Assembly: GCA_963814125.1 (NCBI GenBank)
Contig: CAWFBR010000004.1
Span: 44,766 to 108,765 of the forward strand
DNA from: an uncultured Chloroflexia bacterium
GTDB taxonomy: Bacteria; Chloroflexota; Limnocylindria; Limnocylindrales; CSP1-4
Direction of reading: 5' to 3'
Length of the DNA stretch: 64,000 nt
Under the pieces are notes generated by a model that saw nothing but the letters and a program-made list of their open reading frames with translations, was not told the origin of the DNA and made no database searches. Positions 49,823 to 59,831 of this stretch are shown one piece after another. Made by a program: the position numbers and the translations under genes. Each line of letters begins with the position of its first letter. Within the stretch, counting starts at the first letter, position 1.

Positions 49823-51442
49823 CTAGCTGGCCTGCCCCACAGGCGCCGGTCGCCCGAACAGGTAACCCTGCCCGAGGGGCACCTTGAGCCTGAGCAACGC
49901 CATGCGCTCCGCCTCGGTCTCTACACCTTCGGCGACGAGCTGGCACCCGATCTCGGCGGCAAAGTACGCGAGGCCAGCCACGAGGGCCTGGCGGGCCGGG
50001 TCGGTGTCGATGTCGCGGACCCAGCTCAGATCGAGCTTCACGTAGGCCGGGCTCAGGGCGAGGATATGACGCAGGCTGGCGTAGCCCGAGCCGGCGTCGT
50101 CGACCGCCACTGCCACCGGCGGATCGAAGCGCCCGAGCGCAGTTCGCAGCGCCTCGTAGTCGTCCACCGGAGCGTGCTCGGTGATCTCGAACACAACGTC
50201 CCGGCTGCGACCTCCGAGCAGGGTAGGGAGATCCGTCGACGTGAGCACGAACGAGGGGGAAACGTTGAGCGCCAGGAAAGCGCCGGCGGGGAGGCCTCGC
50301 GCAGCCTGAATGGAGGCCGCCAGCGTGGCGCGTTCGAGCTTGTATCCCATGCCCAGGCGGGCCGCCTCGGTGAAGCGCACGTCCGGTGGCACACCGTCGG
50401 CGAAACGGGTCAAGGCCTCGTAGCCCAGGATGGCGCCATCCGCCAGCGACACCACGGGCTGGAAGTTGGGGATGAAGGCCTCCGCCGCGATGATGGTCTC
50501 GAGGTCGGCGGAGGCTCGAAGAAGAGCTTCGCCTTCTTCCAGGCCGGGCCGGAGCAGGGCAGCCGTGGTCTCGGAGAGTTCGAGGAAGAGCGGCAGGCGT
50601 CGAGCGAAGCCAGTAGAGCCGTCCGGCCCGGGCGCATCGCGGAGTACGAGCAACCCGAACGGCGCGCTCGGGTCGCCGAGAGCCATAGCCGCGACCATCC
50701 CGGCCCCGAAGGCTTGCTCGTCCGTGTTCAGCGAATCGTTGAGCACCCATGGACCGTGCGACGTTCGTTCGCGCAACCGGCGCGCAATATCTGGCTCGAC
50801 CGGGCGGCCGGGGCGGAAGCGCAGGGCCCAGTCGCCGGCTACGGCGAGCGGAATCAAGGAGCCCTGGGATGAGAAGGTCGCCAGGACCAGCGCCTCGAGC
50901 CCAAGTGCGGGCATCAACTCCGCGACCAGCGCCCGTGCCGTGCGTTCGGGCGGACCGTCTCTCGGCACGCGGCGCAACGCCGCGTTCACGGTGCGACGCT
51001 CCGTCGCCTGCTGCTCGAAGGCCTGCGTCCAGGCTGCATGAATGCGCAGCTGGGCGCGGACACGCATTGCCAACTCATTGAGCGCGACGGGTTTGGCGAG
51101 GTAGTCGTCGGCCCCCGCCTCCAGGCCGCGGACCCGGTCCTCGAGGTCGGCCTTACCCGTAACCAGGATGATGGGGAGAGTGCGTGTCGCCGGGCGCTCG
51201 CGTACGGCTCGGATGACGCCGGGGCCGTCCATTCGCGGCATGTTGCTGTCGAGCAAGATGAGAGCGACGGGATGCTGTTCGAGCACCTCGAGCGCGGCGG
51301 CTCCGTCGGCGGCCTCGCATGTCGCGTAGCCGGCACGCTTCAGCACTCGCACAAAGAGCGTTCGCACCGCCCGGTCGTCGTCGACCACGAGGATGGGATC
51401 GACCGGCAGCTCGCCGACCGCGGGGGTGGGGGTTGGCGTCAT
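49823..51442 (-). CDS. Response regulator with GAF-like middle domain and EAL c-di-GMP phosphodiesterase domain
   Basis: 539 aa. REC: ILVVDDD..LILLDSNMP..GADDYLAKP. EAL: GYEALTR, EITE, DDAGSGYASL, KLD, EGVE, QGYLFGRP. ATGA overlap with the upstream kinase gene. Confidence 0.88.
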   Translation of the reverse strand: MTPTPTPAVGELPVDPILVVDDDRAVRTLFVRVLKRAGYATCEAADGAAALEVLEQHPVALILLDSNMPRMDGPGVIRAVRERPATRTLPIILVTGKADLEDRVRGLEAGADDYLAKPVALNELAMRVRAQLRIHAAWTQAFEQQATERRTVNAALRRVPRDGPPERTARALVAELMPALGLEALVLATFSSQGSLIPLAVAGDWALRFRPGRPVEPDIARRLRERTSHGPWVLNDSLNTDEQAFGAGMVAAMALGDPSAPFGLLVLRDAPGPDGSTGFARRLPLFLELSETTAALLRPGLEEGEALLRASADLETIIAAEAFIPNFQPVVSLADGAILGYEALTRFADGVPPDVRFTEAARLGMGYKLERATLAASIQAARGLPAGAFLALNVSPSFVLTSTDLPTLLGGRSRDVVFEITEHAPVDDYEALRTALGRFDPPVAVAVDDAGSGYASLRHILALSPAYVKLDLSWVRDIDTDPARQALVAGLAYFAAEIGCQLVAEGVETEAERMALLRLKVPLGQGYLFGRPAPVGQAS

Positions 51443-53793
51443 GGCTGCTTGTCGAGGACCTGGCGGACCGCCTGGCCCAGTGCTTCGACGGTGTATGGCT
51501 TGGGCAGGAAGGAGATGCCCTCGCCGACGACGCCATGGTCGAGCACCGAGTTGTCAGTAAAGCCCGAGACGTACAGGACTCGCAGGCCGGGTCGGACTTC
51601 GCTCAGCAGCTCGCCAAGCTGGTGGCCTTGCAGGCCGGGCATGACCACGTCGGTAACGAGCAGGTCGATCGCTCCGGGGTGGGCGGCTACCAGCGCGAGC
51701 GCCGCCGTGCCGCCCGAAGCCTCGAGCACTGTGTAACCCAGCTCAGACAGGATGCGCAGGGCGTAAGCGCGCACCGCCTCCTCGTCCTCGACAAGGAGGA
51801 TCGTCTCCGAGCCGGTCGGCGTCACGGCAGTCGGGACACGGACGGCCGCCGGGCCGGCTTCGTCGTCCACGCGAGGCAGGTAGATCTTGAAGCTCGTGCC
51901 GACGCCGGGCTCGCTGTAGATGTAGATCGAGCCGCCCGACTGCTGGGCGATGCCGTAGACGGTAGCCAGCCCCATGCCCGTCCCCTTGCCGGGCTCCTTC
52001 GTAGTGAAGAAGGGCTCGAAGATGTGCGCCTTGACGTCGTCGCTCATGCCGCTGCCGGTGTCGGAGACCAGGAGCGCGACGTAGCGGCCGGCAACGACGC
52101 CCGGGTGCGCGGCGGCGTAGTCGACGCCGAGCTCGACATTGGCCGTCTCGATTCTGAGCTTCCCGCCCTCCGGCATGGCATCGCGGGCGTTCACCGCCAG
52201 GTTGACGATGACCTGCTCGAACTGGGATGGATCGACCTTGACGCGCCCCAGGTTTCGCGCAGCGTGGGTCACCAGCTCGATATGCTCGCCCAGGAGCCGT
52301 CGCAGCATCGGGGCAACGCCTTCGACCAGCTCTCCGGGATCCACGACCCGGGGCTGGAGAACCTGCCGGCGACTGAAGGCGAGAAGCTGGCGCGTCAGTT
52401 CGACCGCACGGTCCGAGGCGAGCAGGACCTGGTCGAGATCGGCCCGGTTCTGATCCTCGGGCCCAAGGTGGCGCCGCACCAGCTCGGTGTAGCCGCGAAT
52501 GGCGGTGAGAAGATTGTTGAAGTCATGGGCGATGCCGCCCGCCAGCTGGCCGACCACCTCCAACCGCTGGGCCTGGCGGAGCTGCGCCTCGAGGTTGCGC
52601 TGCTCGGTAATGTCGTGGAATACGCCGGTAACCTTGACCACGCGCCCCTGGTCCATCGTTACGGTGCCCCTGGTGTGCACCCAGATCCGCCGGTCCTTGG
52701 CGGTGATCAGCTCCAACTCCAGGTCGAAGGGCGTGCCGTGGACTGTCGCCTCCCGCATCGCCGCGGTGATGATCGGGATCGACTCCGGGGCGTAGAACTG
52801 GATCGCGGTGGCCAGGGTGGGCGTGTACTCCGCCGGCGAGGTGTCGTGGATCCGATAGGTCTCGTCGGTCCAGAACATGGTGTTGTTCATAGGATCCACT
52901 TCCCAGCCACCAACCTGGGCCATGGACTGGGATGCCTGGAGGAGCTGGGACGTTCGTCTGAGCGCGGCATCGGCTTCCCGGCGCACGGTTATGTCGCGGA
53001 TGGCGGCCGTGACCAGGATTCCTTCGGCGCTCTCCAGAGGACTGAGCATGATCTCGATGGGGAACTCGGTGCCGTCCTTGCGCCGTCCGGACAGCTCGAT
53101 CCCGGTCCCGATCTGCTGCGCAAGCGCGTCGGCAGCGGATCGCAAAGCGTCCGTGACCAGCCGTTCGGCGAAGCCCTCCGGAATGATGTTCTTGACCGGC
53201 TGCCCGACCAGCTCATCGCGGTGGTAGCCAAACTGCTTCTCAGCCTGAACGTTGAGGAGGACGATCCTGCCGCCCTGGTCGACCACGACCATGGCATCGG
53301 GCGCGGCTTCGAGCAGGCCGCGATACCTGGCTCCGGACTCCTTGCTCTCGGTGAGATCGCGGCTGATCTCCGAGAACCCGTACAGAGCACCTGCCGCATC
53401 GCGCAGCGCCGTAATAGTGACGTTCGCCAGGAAGTGCGAGCCGTCCCTCCGTACGCGTATGGCTTGTTCCTCGTGCCGGCCGCTTGCGGCAGCGATGCGC
53501 AGTATCTCCGCCGGTCTGCCGTGTTTGACCTCCTCTGGAGGAAAGAGGCAGGCGAAGTCGCGGCCGATGACCTGGTCGGCGGTGTAGCCCTTGATCCGCT
53601 CGGCCCCCGCATTCCAGCTGACGATCAGACCCTGCGGGTCCAGCATGAAGATCGCGTGATCCTGGACCCCGTCGAGGAGTCTCCGATACTTCGCTTCGCT
53701 GTCCCGAAGCGCTGTGGCAGTGGTTTCACCCCTGGCCGCCCGGGGAGCAGGCCGTGTCCTGCCCGGTCGTGCCAGTTCGGTTTCCAATGCCAC
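51439..53793 (-). CDS. Hybrid sensor histidine kinase (3 PAS - HisKA - HATPase - REC)
   Basis: GTG 53793 preceded by GGGGAGG; the ORF track start at 53907 is maximal. PAS repeats ([50 protein letters not shown]). H-box [12 protein letters not shown] box [11 protein letters not shown] boxes DTGSGM and [11 protein letters not shown]: [19 protein letters not shown]. Confidence 0.9.
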   Translation of the reverse strand: MALETELARPGRTRPAPRAARGETTATALRDSEAKYRRLLDGVQDHAIFMLDPQGLIVSWNAGAERIKGYTADQVIGRDFACLFPPEEVKHGRPAEILRIAAASGRHEEQAIRVRRDGSHFLANVTITALRDAAGALYGFSEISRDLTESKESGARYRGLLEAAPDAMVVVDQGGRIVLLNVQAEKQFGYHRDELVGQPVKNIIPEGFAERLVTDALRSAADALAQQIGTGIELSGRRKDGTEFPIEIMLSPLESAEGILVTAAIRDITVRREADAALRRTSQLLQASQSMAQVGGWEVDPMNNTMFWTDETYRIHDTSPAEYTPTLATAIQFYAPESIPIITAAMREATVHGTPFDLELELITAKDRRIWVHTRGTVTMDQGRVVKVTGVFHDITEQRNLEAQLRQAQRLEVVGQLAGGIAHDFNNLLTAIRGYTELVRRHLGPEDQNRADLDQVLLASDRAVELTRQLLAFSRRQVLQPRVVDPGELVEGVAPMLRRLLGEHIELVTHAARNLGRVKVDPSQFEQVIVNLAVNARDAMPEGGKLRIETANVELGVDYAAAHPGVVAGRYVALLVSDTGSGMSDDVKAHIFEPFFTTKEPGKGTGMGLATVYGIAQQSGGSIYIYSEPGVGTSFKIYLPRVDDEAGPAAVRVPTAVTPTGSETILLVEDEEAVRAYALRILSELGYTVLEASGGTAALALVAAHPGAIDLLVTDVVMPGLQGHQLGELLSEVRPGLRVLYVSGFTDNSVLDHGVVGEGISFLPKPYTVEALGQAVRQVLDKQP

Positions 53794-53964
53794 GGTCAGT
53801 TGCCTCCCCGCCGATACCCGGTCCACTGTCGGTTGCCGGCCAGGTATCGTATCATATGCTCTAGACGGTCTATATAGTACGATCTGGCAGAGCAACTGGG
53901 ATCGCAACCTTCGAGTCCCCGGAGAGAGCCTCCAGGGCTGCCGGGGCCGGGCGTCTCCCTGAAC

Positions 53965-55119
53965 CTAAGGCCGGTACAGTTCGGCCGGCGCATCCGATCC
54001 GAAGTTGCCTATTCCTCCGGCTATGAGGACGCTGCCGTCGGACAGGAGCGTGGCGGTATGCCTGGAGCGCCCGGCGGTCATCGAACTGGTCGCCGTGAAG
54101 GAGCCGGCCGCCGGGTCGTACAGCTCGGCAGTTTCCAGGCTCGGAGAGCCTCCGACGACCAGGACCTCGCCGCCGGGGAGCAGGGTGGCGGTGTGGTAGT
54201 AGCGAGGGACGGTCATCGAGCCCGTGGTCGTGAACTTGCCCGTGTTCGGGTTGTAGACCTCGGCCGAATCGAGGCCCCAGCCCCCGGCCACAAGCACTCG
54301 TCCGTCCGATAGCAGGGTGGCGGTGTGGTAGTAGCGGCCCGTGCTCATCGAGCCGGTCGCACTGAACGTGCCCGTGGTCGGGCTGTAGAGTTCGGCCGAA
54401 TCGAGGCTCCAGCCTCCCGCGAGTAGGACCAGCCCGTTCGCGAGCAGCGTGGCGGTGTGGTAGTAGCGAGGGACGGTCATCGAGCCCGTCGCATTGAATT
54501 TGCCCGTGTTCGGGTCGTACAGCTCGGCGGAGGCCAACGTGATGGAGCCTCCGGCGATCAGGACGCGCCCGTCGGAGAGAAGCGTGGCGGTGTGGTAGTA
54601 ACGGGCCGTGGTCATAGCGCCGGTCACGCTGAACGTGCCCGTGTTCGGGTCGTAGAGCTCGGCCGAGGCAACGGGACCAGATTCACTGAATCCTCCCGCG
54701 ACGAGGACACGTCCGTCGGACAGGAGGGTAGCGGTGTGGTAGTAGCGGCCGGTCGTCATGGCGCCTGTGAGACTGAACTTGCCGGTGTCCGGGTCGTAGA
54801 GCTCGGCGGAGGCAAGACCGGCCGTTCCGTCGCAGCAGCCGCCGACGATCAGTACCTTGCCGTTGTTCAGCAGGGTGGCGGTTTGGAACAGACGGCTTGA
54901 CATCGAGCCCGTGGGCGTGAAGGAGCCCGAGTGCGTCCGGGGAGAGGCGACGGGGGCCGTGGGGGTGGCGCCGGGGTTCGACGACCCCGTGGGAGAGGCC
55001 TCCGAGCCTCCCGAACAGCCCAGGACCGCGGAGGCAACCAGGAGACTCGCCAGGCCGATAAGGATCGCCCGGATCGGCGAGCGGCGGGGTGGCCGCAGAC
55101 CGGAGTCGAGCCGGATCAC
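53965..55119 (-). CDS. Kelch-repeat beta-propeller lipoprotein
   Basis: 384 aa, GTG start. Lipobox LVASAVLGC. Seven repeats [38 protein letters not shown]. Paralogous to the ectodomain of 5531..6895. Confidence 0.8.
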   Translation of the reverse strand: MIRLDSGLRPPRRSPIRAILIGLASLLVASAVLGCSGGSEASPTGSSNPGATPTAPVASPRTHSGSFTPTGSMSSRLFQTATLLNNGKVLIVGGCCDGTAGLASAELYDPDTGKFSLTGAMTTGRYYHTATLLSDGRVLVAGGFSESGPVASAELYDPNTGTFSVTGAMTTARYYHTATLLSDGRVLIAGGSITLASAELYDPNTGKFNATGSMTVPRYYHTATLLANGLVLLAGGWSLDSAELYSPTTGTFSATGSMSTGRYYHTATLLSDGRVLVAGGWGLDSAEVYNPNTGKFTTTGSMTVPRYYHTATLLPGGEVLVVGGSPSLETAELYDPAAGSFTATSSMTAGRSRHTATLLSDGSVLIAGGIGNFGSDAPAELYRP

Positions 55120-55349
55120 TCTCCCCCGCTCCTCGAACAGGTCGTCACCTGGCGGCTCCTTCTGTGGGCGACGGGCAAGTCACCGCACGGGCCTCCGAGA
55201 CCGGAGCGTGACCGCTGGCTGCCGCCGAGCCAGTCTAGCAGCGCATGCCCGGACGCCGACGGAGTGACCGATCGCCCGCCCAGGAGCCCGGAAAGTGAGG
55301 ACCCCGGCCGCCGGGGCCGGGGTCCTGAGTGATGACGACGCTCGATGAG

Positions 55350-56102
55350 CTAGGGCGTGACCACGTTCGTGGGCGCGGTGACCTGGTTCGATGAGTCGTT
55401 GACGTTGGTGATGTCGAACGAGTATCCGAAGCTGCCGGACTGCCCGCCGGCCGAGCCAGTGAACCCGTAGACGCCGCTGACCGGGTAGTTGCCGTCCTTG
55501 GCCACCCAGAGGTCGGACTGGAAGGTGGCGGAGACTCCTGAGATCCCCTGGTACAGGGCCCCAAGCGACGAATCGCCCTTGTAATGGACGCACTGGACGC
55601 CGTTCTTCGACTCGTCGCCGGCCACCTTGAAGCCGGCCGCATTCGTGTCGAACATCGAGGCATAGTCTTTTGTGGGCAACATGTCCGACAGGTCGGTTGT
55701 CGAATCGTCGACCATCCAGGTGCTGCCCCCGTCGGCGGACATCCACGTCTGGGTCCCGACCTGGGTGTACTGGACCCCGAGGTAGTCCACGAACACGGCC
55801 TTGGTGGGCTTGTTGACGACGACGCCCTTGATGGCGAACGACCCGCTGTCACCGGGTGACGCCTCGGTGCCCGACGACGCGCCAAAGTACGTCCATGTGA
55901 ACTTGTAGCTGTTCAACTGGTCCAGGTTGGACGACAGGCCGGAGGTGAGGGAGCTGCCCCCGCCACCGCCACCGCCACCGCCACCGCCGCCGGGCAAATC
56001 TCCTAGTGGGTTCGATGCAGTGGACGAGCTGCTACACGCGCCGGCAACCAGGGAGATCGCGAACGCGAGCGCAACCAGTCCGCGTCTCGAACTTGTCTTC
56101 AT
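55350..56102 (-). CDS. Hypothetical lipoprotein with poly-Gly linker
   Basis: ATG 56102 preceded by GGAGGA. MKTSSRRGLVALAFAISLVAGAC lipobox, then G12, then a Ser/Thr/Gly-rich beta-type domain. The upstream part of ORF 55350..56426 was rejected. Confidence 0.7.
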   Translation of the reverse strand: MKTSSRRGLVALAFAISLVAGACSSSSTASNPLGDLPGGGGGGGGGGGGSSLTSGLSSNLDQLNSYKFTWTYFGASSGTEASPGDSGSFAIKGVVVNKPTKAVFVDYLGVQYTQVGTQTWMSADGGSTWMVDDSTTDLSDMLPTKDYASMFDTNAAGFKVAGDESKNGVQCVHYKGDSSLGALYQGISGVSATFQSDLWVAKDGNYPVSGVYGFTGSAGGQSGSFGYSFDITNVNDSSNQVTAPTNVVTP

Positions 56103-56288
56103 GATCAGTGATCCTCCGCTCCGAGTAGCCTCAGCCGAGCGGCCATGCGCTCCAGCCGATTGGTTGACTCTACGCGATCGGGTAGGTCTCCGCGATTCGA
56201 ATCGCGAATTCGTTTCGCCAGGCAGCATCGTCGGCCCGCGCCACGCGTCGCGCCTCGCGCGCCATCGGACACTCAAGCCATCTGCAGC

Positions 56289-56318
56289 TTGACGTCGGGC
56301 GCGGGGTCCGGGCATGAT
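56289..56318 (+). promoter_or_regulatory. Putative sigma-70-like promoter driving a leaderless transcript
   Basis: TTGACG-18 nt-CATGAT. The A of ATG 56325 lies 7 nt after the -10 hexamer. Confidence 0.45.
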
Positions 56319-56324
56319 CAACCA

Positions 56325-56381
56325 ATGAACTCGCGCGCTTTCGCCTGCTCCTGTCCACGGCGGCCCCGCCGTAGGAGGTAG
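56325..56381 (+). CDS. Candidate leaderless leader peptide MNSRAFACSCPRRPRRRR (18 codons, 2 Cys) upstream of cysE-cysK
   Basis: 3' part of track ORF 56145..56381. No SD is possible if the TSS is at 56325. Codons 8 and 10 are Cys (TGC, TGT). Followed by an intrinsic terminator and then cysE. Confidence 0.4.
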   Translation: MNSRAFACSCPRRPRRRR

Positions 56382-56429
56382 CCGGCTGCTTCGCGCTCCC
56401 ACTTGGGAGCCCGCCGAGTCGCTCAAGGG

Positions 56430-56463
56430 GTCGCGGTCCTAGCCCAGGAACCGCGGCTTTTTT
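56430..56463 (+). terminator. Intrinsic terminator/attenuator between the sORF and cysE
   Basis: GTCGCGGTCC-tagccca-GGAACCGCGGC stem (~10 bp with one bulge) followed by TTTTTT. No upstream plus-strand protein gene exists for it to terminate other than the sORF. Confidence 0.65.
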
Positions 56464-56593
56464 GTTTCCTCCACGGACTGCCGCTTTCCTCCCGCACCGC
56501 GTGGTCTACGTGCGCCTCCCCTGCCCCGGCAGCAGGACCCGCCGAAACCGCGCCTCTGCAGCTCCCCGCCCCACCACCACCTTCGAGGCCTTC

Positions 56594-57484
56594 ATGTCCC
56601 TCCCTCTCAGATCGATCAAACCGAAGAAACTCCAGGGAACGAGCTCGGACCCGCTCGACGGCCTGGCGTCGCGCCTCCACAACGTCCTCGCCCAGGATCG
56701 CGGCACGCACCTCGCCAAGGCACGCGTCGCCGCCTGGGTCCGGGGACTTCTCGACACTCTCTTTCCCCAGGCCGCGGAGCAGACGTACGCGACCGCGAGC
56801 GAAGTCCGCGACGCTCTCGACGCGTCCGCCGCCGAGCTGCGGGCGCTGCTCCGGCCCCTGGAGGACGAGATCGACGACCCGGCCGAGATCGCCGCGGCCT
56901 TCTTCCGGTCGCTCGCCGAGATCCACCGCCAGCTTCTCACCGACGCCACGGCCATCGAGCGCGGCGACCCTGCGGCGGAGAGCATCGACGAGGTGATCCT
57001 GGCCTATCCGGGCTTCCTCGCCATCGCCGTCCACCGCATCGCCCACCGTGTCCGGGAATTGGGCGTGCCCCTGCTGCCACGAGTGCTCTCCGAATGGGCC
57101 CACGAGCGAACGGGCATCGACATCCACCCGGGGGCGACGCTGGGCCACCCGGTCGTCATCGACCACGGCACGGGCATCGTCATCGGCGAGACGGCGCTCA
57201 TCGGCAACAACGTGAAGATCTACCAGGGCGTCACCCTGGGCGCCCTTTCGGTCGCCAAGTCTCTCGCCTCGACGAAACGCCACCCGACGATCGAGAACGA
57301 CGTGGTCATCTACGCCAACGCCACGATCCTCGGCGGGGAGACGGTCATCGGCGAGGGCAGCCTCATCGGCGGCAACACCTGGATCACCTCCAGCGTTCCG
57401 CCCAACTCCATCGTCTACCAGCGCAGCGAGGTCCATGTCCGGCAGGGTCCCTCGGACTTCGAGATGAGCGACTTCGTCATCTAG
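56594..57484 (+). CDS. cysE: Serine O-acetyltransferase (long form)
   Basis: ATG 56594 within ORF 56462..57484. TGIDIHPGATLGHPVVIDHGTGIVIGETALIGNNVKIYQGVTLG ... hexapeptide repeats. Confidence 0.88.
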   Translation: MSLPLRSIKPKKLQGTSSDPLDGLASRLHNVLAQDRGTHLAKARVAAWVRGLLDTLFPQAAEQTYATASEVRDALDASAAELRALLRPLEDEIDDPAEIAAAFFRSLAEIHRQLLTDATAIERGDPAAESIDEVILAYPGFLAIAVHRIAHRVRELGVPLLPRVLSEWAHERTGIDIHPGATLGHPVVIDHGTGIVIGETALIGNNVKIYQGVTLGALSVAKSLASTKRHPTIENDVVIYANATILGGETVIGEGSLIGGNTWITSSVPPNSIVYQRSEVHVRQGPSDFEMSDFVI

Positions 57485-57529
57485 CCGGCCTCGCAAGGTC
57501 AGCGTCCCACCTCTAGCTAGGAGATCCCC

Positions 57530-58474
57530 GTGGCAAAGGCCAACACCATCCTGGAGCTCATCGGAAACACACCCGAGCTTCGCATCAACAAGCTCTTCGA
57601 CCCGCGCGTGGAAGTCTGGGTCAAGCTCGAGCGCCAGAACCCGGGCGGCTCGATCAAGGACCGGATCGCCCTTTCGATGATCGAGGACGCCGAGAAGCGG
57701 GGCGTCCTGAAGCCCGGCAGCATCATCGTGGAGCCGACCTCCGGCAACACCGGCGTCGGGCTCGCCCTCGTCGCCGCGGTTAAGGGCTACAAGCTGGTCC
57801 TGGTCATGCCCGAGTCGTTCTCCGTTGAGCGACGCAAGTTGATGGCGGCATACGGCGCCACCTTCGAACTGACCCCGCGTGAACTGGGCATGAAGGGCGC
57901 AATCGACAAGGCTCGCGAGATCGTTGCCGAGACGCCCAACGCCTGGCTACCGATGCAATTCGACAACCCGGCGAACGTAGAGGTTCACCGACGGACGACG
58001 GCGGAGGAGATCGCCCGCGACTTCCCCGAGGGCCTCGACTACGTCTTTGCCGGTGTCGGCACGGGTGGGCATGCCTCAGCGGTCGGCGAGATCCTCCGGC
58101 CGCGCTGGCCCCAGCTGCAGGTCTTCGCGGTCGAACCGGAACTGTCGCCCGTCCTGAGCGGCGGCAGCCCGGGACCGCACCCGCTCCAGGGGATCGGCGC
58201 CGGATTCATCCCCGGGAACTACCACGCCGATGCCGTGACCGGCGTCGTCCAGGTTGCGGCGCCCGACGCCTTCAATTTCGCCGTACGAGCCGCCCGCGAG
58301 GAAGGGCTCTTCGTCGGCGTCTCGTCGGGAGCGGTCCTCGCGGCCGTGGCGAAGAAGCTGCCCGAGATCAAAGATGGAGCCCGAATCCTGGCCTTCACCT
58401 ACGACACCGGGGAGCGGTACCTCTCCGTGCCGGGGCTCTTCGACGTGGAGCCGGAAGCCGTTCCCGTCGGCTGA
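57530..58474 (+). CDS. cysK: Cysteine synthase A (O-acetylserine sulfhydrylase)
   Basis: 314 aa, GTG start with [20 protein letters not shown] (PLP lysine), TSGNTG, GVSSGA. Confidence 0.95.
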   Translation: MAKANTILELIGNTPELRINKLFDPRVEVWVKLERQNPGGSIKDRIALSMIEDAEKRGVLKPGSIIVEPTSGNTGVGLALVAAVKGYKLVLVMPESFSVERRKLMAAYGATFELTPRELGMKGAIDKAREIVAETPNAWLPMQFDNPANVEVHRRTTAEEIARDFPEGLDYVFAGVGTGGHASAVGEILRPRWPQLQVFAVEPELSPVLSGGSPGPHPLQGIGAGFIPGNYHADAVTGVVQVAAPDAFNFAVRAAREEGLFVGVSSGAVLAAVAKKLPEIKDGARILAFTYDTGERYLSVPGLFDVEPEAVPVG

Positions 58475-58494
58475 CCCAGAGTCTGTGCCAACGA

Positions 58495-58524
58495 GTGGAG
58501 CGGCCGCCCCGGCGGCCGCTCCAC
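58495..58524 (+). terminator. Hairpin terminator after cysK
   Basis: GTGGAGCGGCCGC-cccg-GCGGCCGCTCCAC: perfect 13-bp stem, 20 nt after the cysK stop. No T tract. Confidence 0.6.
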
Positions 58525-58730
58525 GATTCCACGCTGCCGAGCGCCTTTACGACATCTCTCCCGATGTGCTTATAGATAACCGCGCGCGACAAGGTTTACC
58601 GGTTTACTCAGGGCCCTCGGACCCGACCAATTGGGTCGCTGCGACACTCCCGCCGTGGCATGGCAAGAGGCCATTGTTGAACATCAGGTCCGGCTCGAGC
58701 CGGCCGCATGAGCGTCCCATTGGAATAGAA

Positions 58731-58907
58731 ATGCGCGCAACGCTTGCCAGTCGATTCGACGTCGTCATCGTGGTCTGGGTCCTGACTCTCGCCATCGGCT
58801 GGTCCTTCTGCGCCCTGTCCCGTGCCCAGCTGTCCGACTCCCAATGGTCGTCAGCACCGCAGTCGGGACCGATTTGGGTCGTGGCAGACCCGGGTGCGGC
58901 CCACTGA
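58731..58907 (+). CDS. Hypothetical small membrane protein (58 aa)
   Basis: Internal ATG of ORF 58254..58907. One TM helix VVIVVWVLTLAIGWSFCAL. Weak SD, otherwise empty 480-nt intergenic space. Confidence 0.25.
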   Translation: MRATLASRFDVVIVVWVLTLAIGWSFCALSRAQLSDSQWSSAPQSGPIWVVADPGAAH

Positions 58908-58954
58908 TCTGACCCCCCGTCCGGGGCTCGGCCCGGGACGTTGCGGTCGGTCCC

Positions 58955-59605
58955 TCAGGCGACCGTGGTCGAAGTTGGCGTGTGCTCGGCCACGCCTCGC
59001 AAGATGATCTCCGCCGTGGTCTCGTAGCCGATCCGGCCTGTGTTGACGATCAGTTCGTACTCATCCGGATCGCACCAGTCGTGCCCGTAGAGCTGGTGGA
59101 TGTAAGCCGCCCGGTTCGAGTCGGTCTCGTGCATCTTGCGACCTGCTTCCGCCTCCGTGAGACCGAAGCGATCCATCAGAGTCCGCGTTCGGACCGACTC
59201 CGGGGCGCGCAGGAAGACCCGAAAGATCGAGGGGTTGTCGCGCAGGACGAAGCCGGCGCCGCGGCCGACGATGACGACATCTCCGCCTGAGGCGGCTTCG
59301 CGAATCACCTGCTGGGTGAGTTCGATGATCTCCTTGCGCGCGTCGAAGAACGGGTCCGGATAGGGTGGCGTCCAACCGGCGCCCATCCCAGGCTCCAGCG
59401 TCGAGAAAGACCGGACGAGGCGGTCCAGGAAAGTACGCGGCCGTTCTTCTGTGTCCGCAACCTCGCTCGGGCGCAGGGTGAGCCGGGACGCGACCTCCTC
59501 GATGAGCTTCTTGTCGAGGATTTCGGCTCCGAGTTTGGCCGCGACAATCGCTGCCACGCTCGAGCCACCTGCGCCGTACTGGCGGGAGATGGTGACGATG
59601 GGCAT
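58955..59605 (-). CDS. Cytidylate kinase-like family protein (P-loop)
   Basis: 216 aa: MPIVTISRQYGAGGSSVAAIVAAKLG, VVIVGRGAGFVL, SNRAAYIHQLYG. Confidence 0.75.
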   Translation of the reverse strand: MPIVTISRQYGAGGSSVAAIVAAKLGAEILDKKLIEEVASRLTLRPSEVADTEERPRTFLDRLVRSFSTLEPGMGAGWTPPYPDPFFDARKEIIELTQQVIREAASGGDVVIVGRGAGFVLRDNPSIFRVFLRAPESVRTRTLMDRFGLTEAEAGRKMHETDSNRAAYIHQLYGHDWCDPDEYELIVNTGRIGYETTAEIILRGVAEHTPTSTTVA

Positions 59606-59831
59606 GCCGTGCTCCTTAGCCTGCTCATGCCGGCTCGTCCGACGGCCGCCCAGTTCGCGGCGCCGTACCGGCGCGCTTCAAATCTAGCCCGTCTCCCGGA
59701 AGGACGCCAGAGGCGTCGGGACCTGTTCCGCGGCCCTCGACTCGCCTCGGTCGGGTGGCCACCGTCGCGGCTGCAGCCGGTCGCTCCTGCTCGGTGCCGC
59801 GCCTCCCCTCGGACGTTGACGGCCTCGACGC

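Noticed and set aside
51319-53877. 852-aa plus-strand ORF
   Set aside because: It is antisense to the PAS hybrid kinase, whose domain motifs are unambiguous.
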